Source: Macrostomum hystrix (Eukaryota; Animalia; Platyhelminthes). Taken from it: a stretch of 64,000 nucleotides of DNA. Under the pieces are notes generated by a model that was not told where the DNA came from, searched no databases, and saw only the letters and a program-made list of their open reading frames with translations. The position numbers and the translations under genes are program-made. This document shows positions 12,601-26,300 of the stretch, piece after piece. Location of the stretch: assembly GCA_950097015.1 (NCBI GenBank), contig CATNEN010000038.1:558001-622000 (forward strand), written 5' to 3'. Within the stretch, counting starts at the first letter, position 1; every line of letters begins with the position of its first letter.

Positions 12601-15224
12601 GCGTCGATCACGGCTTCGTCGCTTTCCGGGTTAACACTGTGGCCATTGTGACGCGAGCCGTTCTGTGCGACGCCCCGCGACTGATAGTGCTTGCGCAACT
12701 CCACCAGCACCGCCTCCGCAATGGGCAGCATCATGGCCACGGTGGCCGTGTTGGATATCCACATGGACAGGATCCACGTGGGAATCAGGAAGCCGAAGAG
12801 CAGCCTGTGACAAAATGTTGGATGCCGGACGAATTTAGAAAGTCTTTATCAGCCCCCATCAAAGTATTCCATTGTACCAACATGAGACATAAAAGTGCTC
12901 TTTAGAAGAAGTACAATTCGTTGCTCGTGTCTTATAGCCATCTTAGCCCTTCTTTTAGTTGCTTTGATGCTTGTAAATTAAACTGTCTTACCGATTACAA
13001 TCGCTTAGACCAAAATTTAAGTTCACTTTGCACTTGCTCTACGAGTAGACGTATCTTTTTTAAAAGACTATCGGAATAGAAATATAAAATTTTGTCTTGT
13101 GTTTGTTATAGTGTGGAACAACACAGAGAGATGGCGATATCAGCATGCAGTGGCTTAGGCTATGGTAAGGCTATTCAAAACTAGCGTCTTTATTATCTTG
13201 TCTGTAGTCAAACTGCTCTCGACTATTTTAGCTACTCGTCTCTCTAACTAGAATCATGGACAATGCGATGTGGACAATGGCAAGCATTGTATAGTTGCTT
13301 CTATGGTTGACTGCTCACAGTTCTAATTGTTCTTTGCTGTCGGACTCGCTCTTGGGTCATAAAATGTGATTCAAACAATACGAAATAGCAAATTATTTTA
13401 TGTGATCATCGTTCCATACACATTGTGTGTAGTGCTTACAATGGAAGCAATTTTAAGGCTGAGCTTGTTGGATAGTGGAAATATGTTTTGCGTATATCAT
13501 ACGAAAAAATAAACAAAATACGGTGTGGTTTAAGAGTTAAGTTAATGGGGGGGGGTAGTTTGGTGGTAGTAGACGCGTTTGCCTCTCGCGCCAAGGTCCC
13601 TGAGCTCGATTCCGCGGCGAGACCACATTAATTTGGGATGCGGTAGTGAATAGAAGGCTTGGGAGCTTGTCGTGCAATTTGTGCCCTCGAGGGCCAACCT
13701 CAAAGGCACAGTGAAAATTGACACTTCCTGACGATGAGAAATCAGTGCAGAGCTCACACCTGTGTGAGTGTGTGCCTGCATAAATTATCTGTGTGCGTGT
13801 GTGCTCAGGAGTCCGCGAAATGGGCAGAATTGCCACCTCGCTGGCTGCGGGTCTAGTGTCACCAAATGATGTGCCATGGCCCACAGCCCTCCTGCAGTTT
13901 AAGTTTAAAGCTCACGTTTCTCATTCCAACAGGTGCGTGAATGCATCTCAATATTCACGTAAAAGCACAGAGTAATAACTGAGTTTATCGCTTAATCGCT
14001 AAAAACTCAGAGTAGGAACAGTTAGTCTCACTTACCACCTGGGCTGAACTCCACACAGCAGTAGAACCTTGAGGGCTATTCTCTTGTGCAGGCCCCACAG
14101 CTCAATGGAGACTGCCAGCATCAGACCGCCGAGGAACAGCATGTTGGAGTCCTGCGTTAGTCAAAATTTTACTGCACCTGCTTGAGCTTTATTTTTTGTT
14201 ATATTATCTACCCACTTTTTGTTGCGAGCAGCAAACATTTTGGTCTGAAGCTCGCTGCTATCAAAGGGGAGCCCTGAATGATGCAAGGGCTCTAATACCT
14301 TTTTCTAAATTTTTAGAAAGCTTAAATTTCACTTCGTGGCAATGGCCTTCAGGCAATAGTCTGCCATTGCATAGAGTTAATTGCCCGTGGCAATGGGGTT
14401 GATAGAAGTTTTAACCAGTGATGCCCTTGACACGATCGGCTATCGGCTATCCCCGCTCGTGTCAAAGGCCATTGCCTCAAACTCTGACTTCCAATGAACC
14501 CTGGCCATTGTTGCCAATCTACAAGTACTAAAAATGTATATATGCGTCTCGTCTCGTTTTCGTTAAAGCCAAAGCTTTACTATTGCTAAAACGAATTTAC
14601 CTCCATAAGTTAGAAACCTCTTTCCGAATTTTCCCTTCTAACTTTCTAGAAGGTTCGTTCGTTTTGCTGACCAATGGGCACAAATACTCACGGCAGACGC
14701 ACAATGACTTGTGACACAGTTGTGTTGTTTGATCTTTGATCTCCAAAAAAATCTAAACAAGAATTAAAAAATACCAGCAATACTAAAAATGGGTGATCTC
14801 AAAGAGGATAAATTCAATGCGAACCTTGAAGTAGGACGGACAGATGTCTCTGCTGGGCATGATGCCTAAGACTGGCACTAGCACCACCGGCATCAGCGCC
14901 GTGATGCCGAGGGGTACCACTTCGAAGTTCCAGTAGAACGACATCGTGATGATGATGAAGGCCGCCTTGGCTTCCTGAAAATTTCGAGAGAAATTTAAGA
15001 TTACTTTTACAGATAAAACTCAAACTCTTATATAGTTTCGATGATTTCGTCTGACTGTTACCACAGTTCTCTACCTTTGTTCCAACATAGAATATCAGCG
15101 GCAATAGCGCCAGCGGCACCACGAAGGTCACAATGACTGCTCGGTAGCGCATCACGGCCTTCAGCACCACCAGGCAGCTGTTTCTAGGCCGCGTCACGGA
15201 CTGAGCCTCCTCAGAACCGGCCAT
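9670..15224 (-). CDS. SLC13/INDY-family transporter, paralog B, 9 exons, convergent with paralog A
   Basis: Exons 15224-15075, 14974-14825, 14151-14036, 12804-11995, 11868-11776, 11609-11201, 11116-10955, 10206-10069, 9804-9670. Same intron positions, phases and motifs as paralog A. TAG stop at 9672-9670. Confidence 0.93.
10252..10922. repeat. Perfect 15-bp minisatellite (CCTGATCCTTCATTC)n, ~44 copies, intron 7 of SLC13-B
   Basis: Identical 60-nt lines from 10261 to 10920. Confidence 0.98.
13548..13900 (+). mobile_element. tRNA-derived SINE, family 2, intron 3 of SLC13-B
   Basis: Head acgcgtttgcctctcgcgccaaggtccctgagctcgattccgc and tail gtgccatggcccacagccctcctgca are shared with copies at 40126-40465 (-) and 61454-61825 (+). 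Confidence 0.85.
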
Positions 15225-16268
15225 GACTGCGATTCACTCACCGCAGAGTTTGCTGGAATTACACAATTACACTCTCTTTCGGTGTGCTTTTATTGGTTTT
15301 TATAAAACATGAAACAATGACTTATGACGGCCAGTTATTGCCAGTAATTTCTTCTACACACCAGCGCGCCCCTGGTTAAGCTACGGAATAGAATAGTTTT
15401 GCCTGCTGAAGACAATATTACAAGGTGTGATGGTGTCACGATGCGAAAGTGTGCATGGGCTGGACTGCCCGATAGCTCGGCTCTGCGGGGCAAAACCAGC
15501 CACAGGTCGTTTTGTGCCGTTCCGAAACTTGTTTTGCTAACGTCTTCTTTTGTTGAAACGCACACAATTGAATACCCGAGGTCTGTGTCACCCGCCTTGA
15601 GTCTGTGCTCAATTCACAGCGGCTGCAATCAGTCCAGCGTAGCCCTGAAATACTATTTTTAGTTTTAAGCTAACCCATAAACCCAAGTAAGATATAAATG
15701 CCCATCAATGAATTACCTCAATACACTTGATATAATTATTTTTGTCGCTTAATGCAGCGGTTATTAAAATGTTTAAAAAGCTGCGATTTACAAAGCTGAC
15801 ACATTTGTTTAATTTGTTTAAATTGTTTAATTTTTGTGTAATTGTTTGCCAACGTACTATATACTTACTGTAATTGCCATGGCTTCAAAATTAATAAAAA
15901 CTATAAAAATGGAATAACCATCTCTGAAGTTTCTGTACGGTATTGAAACACAATTTTCATTGCCTTGTATTTCATTGCTTACTACGAATGGTAAGCTGGA
16001 GATGTAAACAGAAAAAAGCAAGACCGCAAACTTATAGGGTCTTGCCAATACAAGTAACGCTTTTAATTAACGAAAACTGCGTTTGCATTCAGTAGTAATT
16101 AGTCTTAAATATGTTTTAGCTCGGCTTGTGAAAATAATGCGACGGTTAATCGAACATGTGCTATTATGTGTTAGATACACTGAGAGGTTTCGCTGGACAA
16201 GGGTCGAGATGATCTGTTTATTATTGTAGCCAGATAGCCCGGCCAGTTGAAAGCCAAGTGTTCATCGA

Positions 16269-17069
16269 TCACCATGACTTCTCTTCCGCATCGCTACAAT
16301 CGCTGCATGAGTCGTAACAGAAGCTCACACTGTCCGATTCAACATCGTCGTGATGATTGTTTATCTGGCGACCCTCATCGAATGACGGCAGGGTAAATGA
16401 ATATTTTATTTGCTCAGATAGAGCCAACACAGGCTTTTGTTGCTGCTGCTGCTGCTTCAGACTAGGGCCAAAGCCGTAGCCTACTTTGGCCTCAGTTGAG
16501 TCATTGCCGAGCACCTGTTCGCCGTCTGACGCCATGGTCAGAGGATGCGACTCAGTCGCGAAGGTGGAGCCGTCTACCCGTACGCTGGGCCGCACAATCA
16601 GCGAGCCATTCTCCGTAATCGACGTCTCGAGTTTGAGGATGAGCCTGAGCTCGCTGGGTTCCATTTGGACTCGAGTGTCGCCACCTACCAAGGGCCTGTT
16701 GACGAACTGCATCCGGCAATGCTGCTGACCCAGTTGCCAATTTTTCTGCGGTAACTGTAGCGTCAGGTGGTGCATTGTATTTTGTTCCTGCTCGTCTAGC
16801 TGACTGCGCTGCGGAACCCTCATCGTCTGATGTTCTTGCTGAAAGTAATGCTGGAGCAGCCCAGAAAGTTGCTGCTTCTGCTGCCGCGCATTCTTCTGGG
16901 ACGCCTCGCAATCTCTAGCCGCCGAGGTCGAGGGAGTCGCTGTTGTCGGTGCTTTTGCAGCTGCTAAGTTTTCTTTTTTCTTTATCTTGTTTATGACTGC
17001 CTCAAACTGGCTAACTAGCATTTCAAAGCTTTGATTAAAGTTTTCGGTGGTTTCATCCACACCTGCCAT
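16269..17069 (-). CDS. Hypothetical intronless protein, 266 aa, Q-rich with acidic C-terminus
   Basis: GC-richer open frame within AT-rich flanks; ATG context ccaATGg; no recognised domain. Confidence 0.55.
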   Translation of the reverse strand: MAGVDETTENFNQSFEMLVSQFEAVINKIKKKENLAAAKAPTTATPSTSAARDCEASQKNARQQKQQLSGLLQHYFQQEHQTMRVPQRSQLDEQEQNTMHHLTLQLPQKNWQLGQQHCRMQFVNRPLVGGDTRVQMEPSELRLILKLETSITENGSLIVRPSVRVDGSTFATESHPLTMASDGEQVLGNDSTEAKVGYGFGPSLKQQQQQQKPVLALSEQIKYSFTLPSFDEGRQINNHHDDVESDSVSFCYDSCSDCSDAEEKSW

Positions 17070-19686
17070 TGGTTATAATTAAGTTATTTAAGAATGAGTG
17101 TCTCAGAAAACCGCTATAATTAGTATTTTCGCCGATGTTTATTATTTCTCAACGTGATTAGCCAGGATCTAAACGTTACTTTTTGCTTCGCAGCCTCACA
17201 GATGCTATAGCAGATTCTGTGACCTTGTGTGTTTTCGCTTTAGGTGGTTTAAAGCCATAGACTATTCCTGCGGCTTAACTCGTTGAATCCCGATGGGCAG
17301 CCAGGCTGTCATCCCTTTCAGTCAATAGTCTTTGGCTACCACCCTCAGGACTCGAACTCAACTTCAATTTACAACTTCAAAATGTCGCAACAGTAGACAT
17401 GTCTGTGAGCATCAACCCAACCATGCTGCTTTGCAAACGTCTTTGCAACGGCTTTGCTTTGCAAATTGTAAAACCTAACAATAGCAGGGGTAAGGAAAGC
17501 AAGCTATCGAGGGTCAAACCCTCGATGAGCTTTCACCGCTGCGAGAACGGGTTTCGGAAAAGTGGCGCCACTCCACGACGAGCTGCAGAAAGTTGTCTAT
17601 GGCCCGCACTGCTGAACGTACGGGTTTTGAAGGTTGAATTAGCTAGGCTTGTTATGAAACTAGTTTTAATGGGTTCTAAATGTGCTCTAGCGCGGCGGAT
17701 TTTTCATGGTCAGCTATTTAAAACTTCGGGGCTCTGAACCACTGGGATAAGGAGTTCGAATGTCAGCCAACAGACAGTTTGTGTCGATGAGCAAGTCAAC
17801 TAATGTTTCCCATTGCTTTAGTTTATCCAGTAGAGAATGTTCTAATGGTCCGAATGCCCCAATGTTTCAATGAAATCTATAATATAAATATATTTATTTA
17901 AAATTTATTAAATTTTAAATTTATAAAATTAAATTTTATAAATTTATAAATATTAAATTTATTTAATATAAACTTTACACAAAAAAGCTAAAGGGCTTCA
18001 TACTTTTCTATTTCTTAAAAGCTATTATTTGGAGTTAATGAGAATCCATCAATTAAATATTTTACACGATTTAGGCTGATAATTGACAGAATAGAAGGTT
18101 TGCAGCTACTTTTGGACTTCTAATTAATGCTGCAACTGTGCATTTTCACGTCTTTTTAATATACCGACATATATCCTGTTTGTAAGCTTGATTTTAACTG
18201 GTAATGAGCATGCGAGAAAAAATTGATTGTTATTTTAGCTGTCGCGACTATGGACCCCATGTTAGTTTGCCATTTTCTACTTTAGTAGTTCTTGCCTGGT
18301 CTGTAAACAAGTCTCTACACACTTCAATTATATATCTGACGATTTTTTTTCTAATTTTTCGATTATTTTGCCATTTAGAGTAATTATAAAACTTAAACTA
18401 TTTATTCCTATCTACACAAAAAGCCAGTTTTGTCGTTTCACTCTATAGTATTTAGCGTAGCACCGGCAAAATAAAAACACTTATTACGTGAACCATTTTC
18501 ATGAAATTCCGCTATCGGGGACGATTTACGCTTTTGTGTATAAATTTAAAATAAAAAAATTCTTCGAATGCGTGCATAAATTACATAAATTGCATACGCA
18601 CGTTGCATAAATTCAATGATTTTGGGGTCCCTCGGTGTCTCCAGGTACATACGTGCTAGGTTTTCGCAGGCTTTTGGCGTTTTTGGATTGAGCTCACGTA
18701 CCTGTTTACTTCTTATATACTGTTATATGCAGTCTCGATAATTGACAGAAATTATCACTTTAGTTTAAAATATGAAAGAACTTAAATAGCGTGATATTAG
18801 TTTGATTTTCCGTTAAGCGACTGATTTGGAATGAAATTAAAATGGGGAAAACACTGCGAATGATTATACTATTACTATCTACCATGTTATATGTGGCTAA
18901 GCAATGAGGTCTTTATTATTTTAAGTTTTATAATTATAAACCCATAACATCATTCAAGTCCATTTTCTTCCAGAAATGATTAAAGTGTCTTTACTTTAAA
19001 GTGTAAAGAAAATAGAAAACAGTATTTTTTAAATATAGTTTTGATATCTAAAATGACTAAACATTTAAAATAGTAATTAAAAAACTGATATATTCGAGAT
19101 ATAGATAACAACATGTAGATAGAAAAACAATTGCATATGTTTTTTTCTAGAATTGAATATATTTTGTAACATTTACAAGCAATATATAGCAGACATGCAT
19201 TGTGTTTTTATTTCATTATTTGAAGTGCTTAAGCTATTTATATACACTGTAACTATGCAGAAGGTTTACTTGGAAACTTTGATTGTTGTGGCAGCCTCAA
19301 CAGTCAATGAACTGAAAAATAAAATGGTATGAAGCCTTAGGAAACACCAAAATACACAACAACTTATAAAAGTAGACAGAAGTAATGTTAATTAAGAAAG
19401 TATTGCTATAGTTTTATGCATTTTAAATGAAATATTTTGTCTCGAAAACACTAATTTGTCACAGATTTTTTATTTTTAAATGTAGCTAATATTCTCGTAC
19501 TGCCATTGAAAGTAGTATGTATCGTGTGCATTTAGAATTTGTGCTTTTTTCAATACATTTTTACTCTCAGTAGTATGTTGCATATGTGACAATGAAATAT
19601 AAAGTGCTGTATTTGCTTAAAAAAGCTGACTTGGGGCATATTAGTCTTCATCTTTTAGACAATTGAATTGACGTCATGAATTGCAG

Positions 19687-20088
19687 TCGAGCACTCGTTG
19701 GCTTTTTCGCACCTCCGCTTGGCTACCTGGCCTCGATGATTGGGGCCGCTGTTTGAGCTGCCTCTCGGCGGAGGAGCGCCAACAGGCTGAGCAGTTTATG
19801 CGCCGCTCAGACAGCAAGGCGGCTCTGGCCAGCCGGCTGTTGGCGCGCCGATTCTCTGCGGATGTCAGCGGACTGGCAAACTACCAGCTGAACCAGGCGC
19901 TGCGCCGTAGCGACAAGGGTCGACCCTTCCTGGCTGACACTGATGCCGATTTCAACATCAGCCATCAGGGCGACCTCCTGATTCTCTGCGGCTCGACTCT
20001 TCCCGGCGTTCGGGTCGGCTGCGATGTCATGAAAACAACTCTGCCTAGTGAGCTCGACTGTCTGTCTGACTGTCTGTCTGCCTGCAAT

Positions 20089-20151
<63 letters not shown>

Positions 20152-21124
20152 GTCTATCTGTCTTTCTATCTGCGTGTCTGTATTTTTTAAAGTTAGAAAC
20201 TGATAAAGATACTAAAAATGACACCATCAGATTTCGATCGCCTGTCTTCACCGAATCTAGTTCTGTGTCCGACTGTCCGCCTGACCATGTGCCTGTCAAT
20301 CTGTTAAATTCTACTTGCCTTGCAGTTTTAGCACGCGTTCCCTATCATTTCACGACCCAACAGGGGGTGAGCAATCCGCCGAGTCGTTTTTTCGCGTCAT
20401 GCGTCGTCAGCTGACCGCGGCCGAGTGGAGCTTTGTCAGATCTCACTCTGACGATGCCAGCCAGTTGGCTGCTTTCTACAGAGTCTGGGTGAGAAGACAG
20501 GCGGTTGTCCGTTTCAGGTTGCCCGGCGCTGTTCGTGATGACAATTGTACAAGTTTTAAGTCGGTACAAATAGATATTGTAGACTTAATAGCAGTCTGAT
20601 TTCGCAAGGGACTCTTTAACGTCACAAATGCGTCTCCTTAACGACTCAAATGCATCACTCTATCGACTCAAACTCTACATTTTCTATAGCTTCTATCTAC
20701 AGCATGCTAATACTCGAAAACCCAATCGCCCCAAATGCAGTGCCTCAAGGAGTCGGTGGTGAAGACCACTGGCGATGGCATCGGCTTCAGCCTGTCTCGG
20801 CTGGACTGCCGGCCTGATCCGGACTTCCGCGTCGCTGCCAGTCAATCGGAAGCGTCGCCGCAGATGACGTCACTATCTACAGTGTACATTGACGGCGCGG
20901 CGCTCTCCGATTGGTCATTCGAGGAGCACCGCCTTCCGCTTGGTCACGTGGCCGCCGTTGCTTGGCAACGCAGCGATTCGTCGCTGGCAGTGCTGCCTCT
21001 GGAGGCTGAGACATTCTGCGAACTGCCGCCCTGTGCGAGCTCTCTGTGCGATGGACTCGAGCCCTTTACCAAGGCCGAACATGTCGAGGCTAGCTATAGA
21101 AATTTCTGTAATAAACCGGCTTAG
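19687..21124 (+). CDS. AASDHPPT: 4'-phosphopantetheinyl transferase (Sfp-type, AASDHPPT/LYS5-like); first coding exon lacks an ATG
   Basis: Exons 19687-20047, 20364-20488, 20741-21124. Motifs RWLF..SAWLP, KGRPFL, FNISHQGD, VGCDVM, FYRVW|CLKES..K..G.GI. Confidence 0.9.
20058..20165. repeat. (TGTC)n microsatellite, intron 1 of AASDHPPT
   Basis: Visible tetranucleotide repeat. Confidence 0.95.
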
Positions 21125-21624
21125 CGCGATAAAAGCTACTCAGAGTAACATGCAGAGCAACTGTGGCCATTTGTGTTTTCTATGCATTTATGGTGTCCAA
21201 TTGTTAAACTACATCTAGTGTGCACTTCAGTCTGATCTGATACTCATTTCCGTGAGGAAGGTTAGGCTGAAATTGTCAAGCTTTTCCGGTCGTTAGCATT
21301 TTTTAGCATGCTCTTCTGCCCAATATATTCATTTCTGTTCAATGCGTTTGTGCGTCAAGCAGCAGTTTTAGATTTCTGGGGCCGGTTTTTGTTGAATCTA
21401 TAAAAATCTCCAGTGGGGTTGTTTCACAAATTTCACTGCGATTTCAACAAAAGCTATCTACAAGTACTCGTAATTACTTTCGAAAAAAAAGAAAATTTTG
21501 CTTCAGCTTATCTGTGCCACATGCAGCGATCCTTCAGAAAGTTTTCAGTTGCCCCTCAGTCATTAAATTTTGTCAAAAGTTCGAGGGTGAGCATTCGCAA
21601 TGCAGTATTCTTTGACACTGCATG

Positions 21625-22945
21625 CCACACCTTCAACAGTGTCACATCTTCAACAGTCGAGTGTCACACCCTCAACAGTGTCACTCCTCCAGCAGTGTCA
21701 CACATTCAACAGTGTCACTCCTCCAGCAGTGTCACACATTCAACAGTGTCACTCCTCCAGCAGTGTCACACATTCAACAGTGTCACTCCTCCAGCAGTGT
21801 CACACATTCAACAGTGTCATACCTTCAACAGTGTCACACCTTCAACAGTGTCACACCTTCAACAGTGTCATACCTTCAACAGTGTCACTCCTCCAGCAGT
21901 GTCACACATTCAACAGTGTCATACCTTCAACAGTGTCACTCCTCCAGCAGTGTCACACATTCAACAGTGTCATACCTTCAACAGTGTCACACCTTCAACA
22001 GTGTCACACCTTCAACAGTGTCACACCTTCAACAGTGTCACACCTTCAACAGTGTCACACCTTCAACAGTGTCATACCTTCAACAGTGTCATACCTTCAA
22101 CAGTGTCATACCTTCAACAGTGTCACACCTTCAACAGTGTCACACCTTCAACAGTGTCACACCTTCAACAGTGTCACTCCTTCAACAGTGTCACACCTTC
22201 AACAGTGTCACACCTTCAACAGTGTCACACCTTCAACAGTGTCACACCTTCAACAGTGTCACTCCTCCAGCAGTGTCACACCTTCAACAGTGTCACACCT
22301 TCAACAGTGTCATACCTTCAACAGTGTCATACCTTCAACAGTGTCATACCTTCAACAGTGTCACACCTTCAACAGTGTCACACCTTCAACAGTGTCACTC
22401 CTTCAACAGTGTCACACCTTCAACAGTGTCACTCCTTCAACAGTGTCATACCTTCAACAGTGTCACTCCTCCAGCAGTGTCACACATTCAACAGTGTCAT
22501 ACCTTCAACAGTGTCACACCTTCAACAGTGTCACACCTTCAACAGTGTCACTCCTTCAACAGTGTCACTCCTTCAACAGTGTCACACCCTCAACAGTGTC
22601 ACTCCTTCAACAGTGTCACACCCTCAACAGTGTCACTCCTTCAACAGTGTCACACCCTCAACAGTGTCACACCTTCAACAGTGTCACACCCTCAACAGTG
22701 TCACTCCTTCAGCAGTGTCACACATTTAACAGTGTCACACCTTCAACAGTGTCACTCCTTCAACAGTGTCATACCTTCAACAGTGTCACACCTTCAACAG
22801 TGTCACACCTTCAACAGTGTCATACCTTCAACAGTGTCATACCTTCAACAGTGTCACACCTTCAACAGTGTCACTCCTTCAACAGTGTCACACCTTCAAC
22901 AGTGTCACACCTTCAACAGTGTCACACCCTCAACAGTGTCACACC
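21625..22945. repeat. 17-bp minisatellite (CTTCAACAGTGTCACAC)n
   Basis: Periodic; the unit has no + strand stop, so all three frames stay open with a 17-aa period. Confidence 0.97.
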
Positions 22946-23315
22946 CAAAAATACACTACTTTTTATTCTTTAATATGATGTGTTGAAAATTCTGAACTTG
23001 AACATTACTTTTAAGTTCAGGGCTATTAATCGGAATGATGAGTAGAGTGACGACTCCCGTTTCGCTTCCATTGGAGCTGGCATGACAGTAGAGATATGGC
23101 TTAACAGCTGATTGATTATCATTCTGGCCAATTGAGCGCTCACTAAACAACACGCTCAACAATGTCCGTTCTGTCTGCCAACCAATTGGCTGCTTCAATT
23201 CAATGCCTCCCCCCTGCAATGAAATGCGCAGCTGATAGACTGTGCGGAACAGAATCCTGCGCGTTTTATAAGGGAGAATACAATTATCAATAGTCCAGCA
23301 GGTTCTGAAGTTACC

Positions 23316-26300
23316 ATGGGCCTCCTACATGTGTTCCGCCAGTTCTGCAGCAGCACGTCGCTCCGCGGCGCCGGGAGGCTCGTGAAGGCTCCGACCCGCC
23401 TGCTGCAGGCCATCTGGGCCGGCTACCTCTGCCTGATGGCAGTGGCCCTGACTGCCTGCGTCAGTTTCATCGCCATCGACTATCTGCAGTACAAGACCAT
23501 CATTCAGACCAGCATTATCTTGAACGACAACGCCATAGCTATACCGGCTGTGACCATCTGCAGCCACTATCCGTTCTCCGAGACGGCGCCTGCTCTCTGG
23601 GCGAGCGGTCACGTTCAGTCGCCGACAAATTTTTCGCACAGACTTCGTCGGACGGCGTTTCAGTTGTTTAACTCGAGCGAGTTCGTCCTGGCTGAGAAAG
23701 TGCTGGCTAGCGACACCAAGCGGATCTACTATCAGTCGCTGGATCACGATGACGCAGTCAACGTCAGCTTCTCCGTCTCGCAGATGTTCATCTTCTGCGT
23801 CACCGGCGTCGGCCCGTTTGTTGAGATTAGCGACTGGAAAGACTGCAGCCTGCTGCTCAAGCGAGTCAGCCTGCCGGCCTATTTCAACTGCTATCAGGTG
23901 CGCTTGGATGAGGTGCTCAAAACCTGACCACTTCTCTTGATTGTTGTTGATTTAATTTCGAGGTGGAAATCAATCATCTGGGACAATTCAAAGGCTACGT
24001 ACGATTCCTGAAGGCAACGGATGATTCTAAATGTTAATTGATGACTGTCAAGGTCAATGGATGATTCTCAAGGTCAATAGATAATTCTCAAGGTCAATAG
24101 ATAATTCTCAAGGTCAATGGATGATTCTCAAGGTCAATGGATAATTCTCAAGGTTAATGAATGATTCTCAAAGTCAATGAATGGTTCTGAAGGTCAATGG
24201 ATGATTCTCAATGTTAATGAATGATTCTCAATGTTAATGGATGACTCTTTAGGTCAATGAATGGTTCTGAAGGTCAAAGGATAAAATTCTCGATGCAAAT
24301 GAATGATTCTGAAGGTCCATGGATGATTCGCAACGTTAATGGATGACTCTGAAGGTCAATGGATGATTCTCATGGTCAATGAATGGTTCTGAAGGTCAAT
24401 GGATGATTCTCAATGTTAATGAATGATTCTCAAGGTCAATGAATGATTCTCAAAGTCAATGGATGATTCTCAAGGTCAATAGATAATTCTCAAGGTCAAT
24501 GGATGATTCTCAAGGTCAATGGATAATTCTCAAGGTTAATGAATGATTCTCAAAGTCAATGATTGGTTCTGAAGGTCAATGGATGATTCTCAAGGTCAAT
24601 GAATGATTCTCAATGTTAATGGATGACTCTTTAGGTCAATGAAAGATTCTCAATTTTAATGGATGTCTCTTTAGGTCAATGAATGGTTCTGAAGGTCAAA
24701 GGATAAAATTCTCGATGTAAATGAATGATTCTGAAGGTCCATGGATGATTCGCAACGTTAATGGATGACTCTGAAGGTCAATGGATGATTCTCATGGTCA
24801 ATGAATGGTTCTGAAGGTCAATGGATGATTCTCAAGGTCAATGAATGATTCTCAAGGTCAATGAATGATTCTCATAGTCAATGAATGATTCTCATGGTCA
24901 ATGAATGATTCTCATGGTCAATGAATGATTCTCATGGTCAATGAATGATTCTCATAGTCAATGAATGATTCTCATGGTCAATGAATGATTCTCAAGGTCA
25001 ATGAATGATTCTCATAGTCAATGAATGATTCTCATGGTCAATGAATGATTCTCATGGTCAATGAATGATTCTCATGGTCAATGAATGATTCTCATGGTCA
25101 ATGAATGATTCTCATGGTCAATGAATGGTTCTGAAGGTCAATGGATGATTCTCAATGTTAATAGATGATTCTCAAAGGCAAAGGACGATTCTCAACGCCA
25201 ATAAATTGATTAAAAAAAATTCTCTTAGACATTGAGCTCTGAATGCAGAACCCGGAGAGACTGGGCGGAAATGGAATTTTGATGAACTACATGGAGAATA
25301 ACACCGATAGCTTCCGTTTTGATTGGAATACTTTCAAAATGTACGTTTTACGAGTACGCCAAAGCTGAATCGCTCAAGAAGATTCTTTTTAAGTTGATTC
25401 TCGTGTAGAATGTTCAGATTTTGGCCAGACTGACGTTGCTTTCATGGAGGAAATCATCCCGATTCTCAGTCACGTGACCCACTCCGTAACCGCAGGTGCA
25501 AGCGCCTCGTGACATCGACTGGCTGACGCTGGTGCTCCGAGTATCCAGCGCGGTGCCCAACGAGTTCGAGGAGGCCTTCGTCCAGGACATCTTTGAACAG
25601 GCCGACGGCATCAGGCTGGAGGTGCACGAGAATGACACCTACCCGGAGCCGACGCTGAAGGGTATCCACGTGGAACCCGGCAAACTAGTTGAGATCAGCT
25701 ACAAGACGGTGCGCTGGGCGGAGGTCAACAGTCCAGCCGATGCCTGCATGTCGACCGAGGCCACCAGTAGGCGTCGTATTCGCGACCTCGACGAAGAATT
25801 CGCGTATTCGTATGAGGCCTGCGTTAGCCAGGAGCTGGGCCGGCTGGTTCTCGAGCGCTGCGGCTGTCACTACGCCCAGTACCTGCGCTTCGGAGTGCCG
25901 AACGCCAGCCATCCGTACTGCGCCGACACTCGCATCGACATGCGGCAGATGCTGGCTCAGATGGACTGCCTCAACCGGCTGAACCTGGACGCAGAACGGG
26001 AGCGAATCAGCGCTAGCGTCTGCCTCATGCCCTGCCGCTTTCACTACTTTGACACTGTGGCCTCTAAAACTGTGTGGCGAGCCACCCAGTGGCAGCTGCA
26101 CTGGCTGATGCAGCACTCCAGGTGCTTCCGCGACCTGGACGAGGCCAGCAGCCGACTGGCTGAAAACGGCCTGGCTCCAGACGAAGTTCTCAACCTGCGA
26201 GCCAAGCTGATGCAGGCCTCTGCCACAATGAGAGGCTTCTTTGAAGCCGACGACATCACCCGGACCGCATCGGGCGGCTTTGACGACTCGGCGGACGAGC

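Noticed and set aside
19676-19678. ATG as the start of AASDHPPT
   Set aside because: Out of frame with the conserved RWLF and FNISHQGD frame.
21413-22986. Three overlapping 438-457 aa ORFs
   Set aside because: A stop-free 17-bp unit opens all frames; no coding signal.
25229-25340. Extra DEG/ENaC exon after the 20-bp array
   Set aside because: One acceptor gives an in-frame stop and the other ends out of phase; 23897 joins 25496 directly in phase 0.
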